Below are positions 57,430-64,000 of a stretch of 64,000 bases of DNA, in pieces. Position 1 is the first letter of the stretch; each line of letters begins with the position of its first letter. The notes beneath the pieces were generated by a model. It searched no databases. It was not told the DNA's origin and saw nothing but the letters and a program-made list of their open reading frames with translations. The stretch is from an uncultured Bacteroidales bacterium (GTDB taxonomy: Bacteria; Bacteroidota; Bacteroidia; Bacteroidales; JAIOZK01). The stretch spans positions 11,506 to 75,505 of the forward strand of contig CAZJYD010000001.1 in NCBI GenBank assembly GCA_964550205.1, read 5' to 3'. A program made the position numbers and the translations under genes.

Positions 57430-57922
57430 AGCGTTGTAATTTAATTATTTCATCCCTTACTTTTTTTCGTGCTCTCGAAAGATTAACCCTAATAGCATTC
57501 AATGTCATATTCACCATCTCTGAGATTTCTTCAAACTCGTAACCTTCAATATCACGTAGTTGAATTATCATTTTCTGCTGAAAAGGTAATCCTTTAATTA
57601 TTTCATTTATTTTATTATTAATATCCTTTTTCTCATATTCCTCATCAGGATTTTTGTCTTTTACTATCAGATTTTCTTTCAGTTCAGTTGTTTTACTTGC
57701 CTTTGATTTAAGATTATCAAGACATAGATTTTTTGTAACTGTAACTGCAAATGCTTCTATGTTTTTGTATTCATCCATTTTATTTCTGTTTAACCATAAT
57801 CGTAATAACACTTCCTGAACAATATCCTCGGCTTCTGTTCTGTTTTTCATAAGTCGCTTTGCAAAGCGAAACAGTTTATTTTTTACCGGTAAAACTTCTG
57901 TTTTAAACTCTTCCAGCGTCAT
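57410..57922 (-). CDS. ECF-type RNA polymerase sigma-70 family factor
   Basis: Region 2 (AEDIVQEVLLRLW) and region 4 (QQKMIIQLRDIEGYEFEEISEMVNMTLNAIRVNLSRARKKV); 170 aa. Confidence 0.88.
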   Translation of the reverse strand: MTLEEFKTEVLPVKNKLFRFAKRLMKNRTEAEDIVQEVLLRLWLNRNKMDEYKNIEAFAVTVTKNLCLDNLKSKASKTTELKENLIVKDKNPDEEYEKKDINNKINEIIKGLPFQQKMIIQLRDIEGYEFEEISEMVNMTLNAIRVNLSRARKKVRDEIIKLQRYEFSGN

Positions 57923-58043
57923 TTTAAATATATCATTCTATTGTTGAGACGATAAAGGTGCTAAAATATTACATAAGATTATTTGTAAATATTCTAAATT
58001 TTCATGTTGTGAAATTCAGATTTGAATAACTTCCTAATTTAAC

Positions 58044-58051
58044 TATTTTTG
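58044..58051 (+). promoter_or_regulatory. Candidate -7 box (TATTTTTG) for the POT transporter gene
   Basis: Matches TAnnTTTG, 49 nt upstream of the ATG at 58101. Confidence 0.35.
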
Positions 58052-58100
58052 TTCCTTTTATTTACGAAATAATTCTAATTATTAATAAAAACCAAAGCAT

Positions 58101-59801
58101 ATGTTGAAAAATCATCCGAGAGGTCTTTTTGTGGCATTCTTTGCCAACATGGGCGAACGTTTTGGCTATTACACGATGATTGCTATATTCGTGTTATTTT
58201 TGCAGGCCAAATACGGTTTCTCAGCTGGCGAAGCCAGTCAGATTTACGGAATCTTTCTATTCTTTGTGTACTTTTTACCTTTGATAGGAGGTATTCTGGC
58301 TGACAAAGTATTAGGTTATGGTAAAACGATCAGTATAGGATTGATCGTTATGTTTATCGGTTATTTTTTCCTTGCCGTACCCACCGATATGAACAAGGGT
58401 TTCGCCTTTGTTGTATTGGCGCTGGCAGTAATATCCCTGGGTACGGGCCTGTTTAAGGGAAACCTGCAAGCTCTTGTAGGTAATCTTTATGACGATCCAA
58501 AGTACGGACGATACAGGGATATTGCATTTAACATATTTTACATGGGTATTAACATTGGAGCAATGTTTGCTCCTACTGCAGCAGAATCTATTAGTAACTG
58601 GATTCTTGGCAAAGACGGTTATACCTACAATGCAAATGTTCCTGCCCTGGCAAGGGAATATTTTAACAATAACCTTACCGACATAACAGAATATACTGTA
58701 TATGCTAAAGAACAAATTCAGCATGCCGGAGGAACATTTTCTCTCAACGGTCTGGAAGTATTTTCAGGTAAATACATCAATATCCTTAGCGAATCTTATC
58801 ATTATGGATTTGGTGTAGCTTGTGTTAGTTTGATTTTCTCAATGATTATTTTCTGGGCATTCCGCAAATATTATAAAAAAGCCGATATCACAGAAAAGCA
58901 AAAATCAAAACGGGAAGATATGAAAGGCCAGATGGTAAAACTTACACCTGCTCAAACACGCGAACGTTTGATAGCACTTGGATTAGTTTTTATTGTGGTA
59001 ATCTTCTTCTGGATGTCTTTCCATCAAAACGGCTTAACGCTTACATTCTTTGCGAGGGATTACACCCAATCCTCGGTGGGTAAGTTTACAAATTTATGGT
59101 TCGACCTGTTCGGCCTGCTCACTATATTCCTGTCCGTAATTGGCTTGATTTTCCTTGTGAGAAAGAAAAGCTCTTCAAAGGAAAGGATCATAGGGTTGAT
59201 AGTGTTCGTGGGATTTGCTATATTAGCTTACTTGCGATATGACTCATATCTCTCTTCAAATCCCTTCACACCCCAAAAATTTCAGCATTTTAATCCGTTC
59301 TTTATCGTGGCTCTTACACCAATAATTATAGCACTCTTTGCCTGGCTAAACAGGAAGGGCCGCGAACCATCAGCACCAAAGAAAATCGGAATAGGTATGT
59401 TGATCACCGCCGGTGCTTTTATGATTATGGTAATAGGTTCACTATCTCTTATAGGATACAGCCCAAAAGAATTGGGAGGAATCGTAGCGCCTACAAGTGT
59501 TTTAGTTTCACCTTACTGGTTGATAGGAACATATTTTACACTAACTGTGGCGGAATTGTTCCTCAGTCCTATGGGGATTTCTTTCGTTTCGAAAGTTTCA
59601 CCTCCGCAATACAAGGGATTGATGCAGGGAGGCTGGCTTGCTGCCACTGCAATTGGTAACTATTTAATTTCTATTCCCGGATTTCTTTGGGACAGGATCC
59701 CGCTCTGGGGAGTGTGGGCAATACTGGTTACTTTCTGTATATTGTCGGCATTGTTTATTTTCTCAATACTGAAACGTTTGGAAAGAGCAACGAAAACCTA
59801 A
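58101..59801 (+). CDS. Proton-dependent oligopeptide transporter (POT/PTR2 family, MFS)
   Basis: HPRGLFVAFF.NMGERFGYYTM (the ExxERFxYY motif), GGILADKVLGYGKTI and FKGNLQALVG; 566 aa, multi-TM. Confidence 0.88.
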   Translation: MLKNHPRGLFVAFFANMGERFGYYTMIAIFVLFLQAKYGFSAGEASQIYGIFLFFVYFLPLIGGILADKVLGYGKTISIGLIVMFIGYFFLAVPTDMNKGFAFVVLALAVISLGTGLFKGNLQALVGNLYDDPKYGRYRDIAFNIFYMGINIGAMFAPTAAESISNWILGKDGYTYNANVPALAREYFNNNLTDITEYTVYAKEQIQHAGGTFSLNGLEVFSGKYINILSESYHYGFGVACVSLIFSMIIFWAFRKYYKKADITEKQKSKREDMKGQMVKLTPAQTRERLIALGLVFIVVIFFWMSFHQNGLTLTFFARDYTQSSVGKFTNLWFDLFGLLTIFLSVIGLIFLVRKKSSSKERIIGLIVFVGFAILAYLRYDSYLSSNPFTPQKFQHFNPFFIVALTPIIIALFAWLNRKGREPSAPKKIGIGMLITAGAFMIMVIGSLSLIGYSPKELGGIVAPTSVLVSPYWLIGTYFTLTVAELFLSPMGISFVSKVSPPQYKGLMQGGWLAATAIGNYLISIPGFLWDRIPLWGVWAILVTFCILSALFIFSILKRLERATKT

Positions 59802-59826
59802 TTCATTAACCTAAAAAAAATTAATT

Positions 59827-60726
59827 ATGAAACAAATAATAAATATATTGAAACCGTTTTTTTTCCTTGGCGTTTTAATTATTATGCTTACGGCCTGCGA
59901 ACAAAAAATTACCTACGAATCCGAAGCTCCGGCCGATGCAAGCCAGGATGTTCCTTTTATGGTTAAAGTGAAAGGCGGTACTTTCACAATGGGAACAGAT
60001 AAATACCTGAATGATACTACGGCAGTTAAATTTATTGATGAATTGCCTGCACATCAGGTTACTGTTAATGATTTCAAAATATCAAAATATGAGATCACCA
60101 ATAAACAGTTTTGCAAATTCCTCAATGAATCCGATTACAATAAAGATGATACAAGCTGGATCAATATCAGTAAACCGGAATGCATGATTGATTATAAGGA
60201 TGGTTTGTATAATCCTAAGACTGACATGGATTACCTGCCTGTTGTTTATGTTACCTGGGAAGGTGCGAAAAAATACTGCGAATGGGCAGGAGGCCGCTTA
60301 CCAAAAGAAGCTGAATGGGAATTTGCTGCCAAGGGTGGTATCTTCTCTGAAGACTTTGTATATGCTGGTAGTACTGATCCTGATTCTGTGGCCTGGTATT
60401 CAGATAATGAAAAAAGTATTGAAATTAATAAGGAAAAATACAACATACCGGGCAGTGTTGGTACAAAATTCCCTAATGAACTTAAACTTCATGATATGAG
60501 CGGTAATGTATGGGAATGGTGTAGCGATCTGTATACCTTCAACTATGATTCAAAACCAAATAAAAGCGGGTGGCGTGTGTACCGGGGAGGAAGCTATTTA
60601 GACAAACAGGATGACGTTAGACCTGGAAATAGAAGCGCTGGTTCACCCGAAAACTCTTATCCCTTTCTTGGTATAAGACTTGTTCAGGATGTTACCGATA
60701 CCATTCCTGAAACGGTAGAAGAATAG
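59827..60726 (+). CDS. Formylglycine-generating-enzyme (SUMF1/FGE-sulfatase) family lipoprotein
   Basis: Lipobox LTAC, then F.MG, H.V.V..F.ISKYEITN.QF, LPKEAEWEFAAKGG, GNVWEWCSD and YRGGSY. Confidence 0.82.
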   Translation: MKQIINILKPFFFLGVLIIMLTACEQKITYESEAPADASQDVPFMVKVKGGTFTMGTDKYLNDTTAVKFIDELPAHQVTVNDFKISKYEITNKQFCKFLNESDYNKDDTSWINISKPECMIDYKDGLYNPKTDMDYLPVVYVTWEGAKKYCEWAGGRLPKEAEWEFAAKGGIFSEDFVYAGSTDPDSVAWYSDNEKSIEINKEKYNIPGSVGTKFPNELKLHDMSGNVWEWCSDLYTFNYDSKPNKSGWRVYRGGSYLDKQDDVRPGNRSAGSPENSYPFLGIRLVQDVTDTIPETVEE

Positions 60727-60751
60727 AAAAACAGAACAATATAATATCAAG

Positions 60752-60780
60752 ACAGGGTATGCAAATACCCTGTTTTTTTT
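60752..60780 (+). terminator. Intrinsic terminator after the FGE-family gene
   Basis: ACAGGGTAT-GCAA-ATACCCTGT is a perfect 9-bp stem followed by T8. Confidence 0.8.
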
Positions 60781-60793
60781 ATTTTTACACGTT

Positions 60794-61732
60794 ATGTATT
60801 CCTGGGGTAATAATAGGAGGTTTAACTCATATGCCAATTATTTTAGAAAAATATTTGGTGAAAGAGTACAAAAACTTAGTATTAATGCCGGATTAACCTG
60901 TCCCAACCGCGATGGAATTATTTCGTTTAATGGTTGCACATACTGTGACAACGAAGCGTTCAATCCATCATATTGTACACCTGGTAAATCAATAAAAACA
61001 CAGATTAAAGAAGGAATAGAATTTCATGCTAACAGGTACCGGCGGGCAAACAAGTTTCTGGCATATTTTCAGACTTACTCAAACACATATGCATCTTTAA
61101 GCAAATTAAAGGAATTGTATAACGAAGCTTTATCATATCCCAAAATAATTGGTCTGATCATCGGTACACGACCCGATTGCATCGATGATGAAAAACTGAC
61201 ATTACTTAAAGATTTAAGTAAGAATTATTATATAGTGGTTGAATTTGGCATTGAATCATGTTATGATAAAACCCTGGAAAGGATAAACAGGGGACATACA
61301 TTTGCCCAATCAGTTGAGGCTTTGGAAAAAACATCTTCTTTTGGTATCAGAACAGGCGGGCATTTTATCTTCGGTCTCCCTGGCGAATTTAAGGATGATA
61401 TGCTGAAAGAAGCACAAATTATCTCTAAACTTCCTTTAAATACGGTTAAATTCCATCAGCTGCAAATAATCAGAAATACAAAAATGGCAGAGGATTTCAA
61501 AAAAAAGCCATCTGACTTTTACCGTTTTTCACTTGAAGATTATACTGAATTTATTATTTCGTTTATAGAAAATCTTAATCCTGAAATAGTAATCGAAAGA
61601 TTTGCGGGAGAAGTACCTCCAGGATTTATTGCAGGACCTGGCTGGGGACAAATACGTAATGATCAGATATTAAATATCATCGAAAAAAAATTGGTAAATA
61701 AGAATACCTGGCAGGGAAAACTATTTCATTAA
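60794..61732 (+). CDS. TIGR01212-family radical SAM protein
   Basis: The N-terminus (NSYANYFRKIFGERVQKLSINAGLTCPNRDG....GCTYCDN) matches the CPNRDG...C.YC cluster of this family; 312 aa. Confidence 0.85.
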   Translation: MYSWGNNRRFNSYANYFRKIFGERVQKLSINAGLTCPNRDGIISFNGCTYCDNEAFNPSYCTPGKSIKTQIKEGIEFHANRYRRANKFLAYFQTYSNTYASLSKLKELYNEALSYPKIIGLIIGTRPDCIDDEKLTLLKDLSKNYYIVVEFGIESCYDKTLERINRGHTFAQSVEALEKTSSFGIRTGGHFIFGLPGEFKDDMLKEAQIISKLPLNTVKFHQLQIIRNTKMAEDFKKKPSDFYRFSLEDYTEFIISFIENLNPEIVIERFAGEVPPGFIAGPGWGQIRNDQILNIIEKKLVNKNTWQGKLFH

Positions 61733-61767
61733 AAAAATTAAAAATTATTATTTGTTGATGTTTTTCT

Positions 61768-61775
61768 TATATTTG
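61768..61775 (+). promoter_or_regulatory. Candidate -7 box (TATATTTG) for the BNR/T9SS gene
   Basis: Matches TAnnTTTG, 37 nt upstream of the ATG at 61813. Confidence 0.35.
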
Positions 61776-61812
61776 TGTTATAACAATAAATCGATAACCA
61801 AATTCTTAAATT

Positions 61813-63861
61813 ATGAAAAAACAATTACTTATTTTAACTAGTTTGCTGTTAACCAGCTTTTTCGCGTTATCGCAAACTGATTGGATTTCAAAAGATTCCG
61901 ACCTGGATGCGGGCGATGGAATAGGACAGATTTCCGTTGCTATGGATAATGGGGATGTACTATGGGCTCATGGAATTGATGGTGATGGTAGTATTATTGA
62001 CAAATGGACTAAATCCACTGATGGTGGAGACACATGGACATCAGGCACTTTTGATTCAGGTGAAGGTCTTTCTCAACTTTTTGCTATTGATGCCGATGAA
62101 TGCTGGGCTGTATTTAATACAGGAGCTGACCAGGGTCTTTACAAGACCGAAGATGGTGGTGCCACATGGGTTAAAAAAGGCACAGCATATGGGGACGGAT
62201 CATTTGCTAATGTGATCCATTTCTTTAACGAGAATGATGGTTTTGCACAAGGGGATCCCGTTAACGGCTATTATGAACTTTATACTACCACTGACGGTGG
62301 AGAGAGCTGGACACGTGTTCCTGAAGAAAACATCCCGGAACCATTAACCGGAGAATATGGCATTACAGGTAACTATGATGCCTATGAAGACAATATCTGG
62401 TGGGGAACCAATAAAGGCCGTGTTTTCAGATCTACCGACAAAGGCTATAACTGGGAAGCTGTTGAAACACCATTTGGAACAAGCAATACCGTTCAGCCTG
62501 AATTCAAAGATGCCGATAACGGTATTTGCTTCAGATCATACCTGAATATGGGTATTCAACCTACCATCAACGTGACCGAAGATGGCGGACAAACATGGAC
62601 ATCGGTTGATGTGTTTGGTGATATGTATGCTAGATGGTTCTATTATGTTCCCGGAACTGATAATATGTACGTGGGATCATCCTCAGAACCCGGTCAGGAA
62701 GGTATAAGCTTTTCCTGTGACGGTGGATATACATGGAATACCATTACTTCAGGTTATCCCTTCCAGGCTCAGATGTGGGAGGATAATGCTACAGGTTTAA
62801 CCGGTACATGGGTAGAAGAACGCGGAGTAGGCGGTATATATGTTTATGACGGCGATACTCTTAGAGCGCTTGATCCTCCGACGGATCTTGATGCAGAGGT
62901 GTTTGACGGCAATGATGTTCACGTTACTTGGCAACCTCCGGGCGGTGGCGGCGAAACCGAAGAGCTTATTTATGATAATGATGTTGCTACCGGAGCATAC
63001 AGTTATCAAGGTTTTACCATGTCAACCCATATGTCTCCTTCAGGGCCCTGCCAGGTGCTTACACTTAAATACTGGACATCAATAGAGACTGGTGATAATG
63101 ATTTTGACGCCAAAGTTTTCAATTGGGAAGGTACCCAGCCAGGAACAGATGTACTCTACGAAAGTACGGAAACTGCTGTTGATCAGGAATGGATGGAAGT
63201 TGATATTAGCGGCAGTAATCTGAATGTTACCGGAGATTTTGTCGTAGGTTTCGGATCAATAAATGGTACAACCTATCTCGGATATGATGAAAACCTCGAT
63301 AATGACCGTTCATGGGATTATGACGAAGCAGGCGGAACATGGTCAGAATGGGATGAAGCATACCTGATTCGGGCTATTGTGCAATATACCGATGGAACAA
63401 TTGAAGAAATCGGAGGAGAAGAACTCCTGGGATACTGGGTGTTCAGAGATGACGACCCCGTACCGCTGAACTCATCGATGCTAACAGAACTTTACTATGA
63501 CGATTTGAATCTATCCAATGGTACATATACTTACACAGTAAGAGCTGAATATGAAGAAGGTATGTCCGTGAGACCCGATCCTGTTGAAGTTACAATAGAA
63601 GTATATCCCGGAATCAACGAAACAAGTGACAAAGATAAAATTATGGTTTATCCCAATCCGGCAACTGATATAATCCATATCAAGGCAAACGACAAAATCA
63701 CCAATGTTAAACTGGTTAACTATAATGGCCAGGTAACTTATAACTCAGAAGTTGATGCCGATTTTGTGCAGTTTAACAGCTCTGATTTTGCACCGGGTAT
63801 GTATATCCTGCAAATCACAACCAACAGTAATACAAACAATAAACAAATTGTACTAAAATAA
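61813..63861 (+). CDS. T9SS type A sorting-domain protein with N-terminal BNR/Asp-box beta-propeller
   Basis: Signal peptide and six Asp-box repeats (STDGGDTW, TEDGGATW, TTDGGESW, STDKGYNW, TEDGGQTW, SCDGGYTW). The C-terminal tail is IMVYPNPATDIIHIK...GMYILQITT. Confidence 0.82.
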   Translation: MKKQLLILTSLLLTSFFALSQTDWISKDSDLDAGDGIGQISVAMDNGDVLWAHGIDGDGSIIDKWTKSTDGGDTWTSGTFDSGEGLSQLFAIDADECWAVFNTGADQGLYKTEDGGATWVKKGTAYGDGSFANVIHFFNENDGFAQGDPVNGYYELYTTTDGGESWTRVPEENIPEPLTGEYGITGNYDAYEDNIWWGTNKGRVFRSTDKGYNWEAVETPFGTSNTVQPEFKDADNGICFRSYLNMGIQPTINVTEDGGQTWTSVDVFGDMYARWFYYVPGTDNMYVGSSSEPGQEGISFSCDGGYTWNTITSGYPFQAQMWEDNATGLTGTWVEERGVGGIYVYDGDTLRALDPPTDLDAEVFDGNDVHVTWQPPGGGGETEELIYDNDVATGAYSYQGFTMSTHMSPSGPCQVLTLKYWTSIETGDNDFDAKVFNWEGTQPGTDVLYESTETAVDQEWMEVDISGSNLNVTGDFVVGFGSINGTTYLGYDENLDNDRSWDYDEAGGTWSEWDEAYLIRAIVQYTDGTIEEIGGEELLGYWVFRDDDPVPLNSSMLTELYYDDLNLSNGTYTYTVRAEYEEGMSVRPDPVEVTIEVYPGINETSDKDKIMVYPNPATDIIHIKANDKITNVKLVNYNGQVTYNSEVDADFVQFNSSDFAPGMYILQITTNSNTNNKQIVLK

Positions 63862-63881
63862 TTTGAGCATGCAATGATTGC

Positions 63882-63912
63882 AAAAGAGGGAATTAAGTAT
63901 TCCCTCTTTTTT
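63882..63912 (+). terminator. Intrinsic terminator after the BNR/T9SS gene
   Basis: AAAAGAGGGAAT-TAAGT-ATTCCCTCTTTT is a perfect 12-bp stem running into a T-run. Confidence 0.8.
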
Positions 63913-64000
63913 CATTCTTTAAATCCAGATAAACAGGTTATTATATCTTAATTAGTGCCTGCCTATAAATTACTTTGCATTGCAATTAATAAATAATTGC

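Noticed and set aside
60188-60499. Out-of-frame internal ORFs inside the FGE-family and BNR/T9SS genes (60188-60499, 61937-62215, 62840-63085).
   Set aside because: They are embedded in well-supported longer genes on the same strand in other frames, with no independent start signals or recognisable domains.
59827-60726. Considered the FGE-family protein as a sulfatase maturase.
   Set aside because: No sulfatase gene is present in the window, and many bacterial FGE-sulfatase-fold proteins have other roles. Only the family assignment is justified.
1-64000. Scan for rRNA, tRNA, tmRNA, RNase P or SRP RNA genes in all gaps of 150 bp or more.
   Set aside because: No cloverleaf-compatible GC-rich segments or conserved RNA motifs were recognised. 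The gaps are either AT-rich promoter DNA or the short hairpin repeats already listed. A tRNAscan/Infernal run would be the definitive check.

Overview
This is an AT-rich chromosomal segment that looks like Bacteroidota. The evidence is T9SS type A and type B C-terminal sorting domains, TAnnTTTG-type -7 boxes upstream of many genes, an ECF sigma/anti-sigma/DUF4252 operon and DUF5686 proteins. About 55 densely packed CDS are supported, and most are core housekeeping genes (lptB, pssA, queA, priA, pfkA, frr, pyrH, secA, coaD, pyrE, birA, rsfS, ftsH, cdsA, psd, a peroxiredoxin, guaB, glyA, valS). There is also a long minus-strand block from about 30.1 to 49.1 kb carrying a MacA/MacB-permease/TolC-like efflux operon, a MoxR ATPase, three SurA/PpiD-like chaperone genes, guaB, a T9SS type-B cargo gene and two M16 peptidases. 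I found no rRNA, tRNA, CRISPR array, transposase or integrase. Three things are not ordinary. (1) A compact four-gene accessory islet sits between glyA and valS (50.6-53.5 kb): a frameshifted HEPN gene, a minimal nucleotidyltransferase and an archaeal/eukaryotic-type ERCC4/XPF nuclease with an HhH tail on one strand, facing a divergently transcribed AAA/DUF4143 ATPase that has a PD-(D/E)xK-like C-terminus. This is my best candidate for an undescribed defence-like module, but the call is an inference from domain content and gene order only. (2) A decayed locus at 5.06-6.16 kb holds a MATE efflux pseudogene (5' truncation plus a large internal deletion) next to about 0.7 kb of non-coding DNA packed with short GC-rich hairpins and micro-tandem repeats. 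(3) Several small hairpin-repeat families recur in distant intergenic regions (1.7, 3.6, 5.1-5.7, 32.5 and 52.1 kb), including a MITE-/inverton-like element upstream of lptB. All calls come from reading the sequence and the ORF translations by eye; no database search was run.
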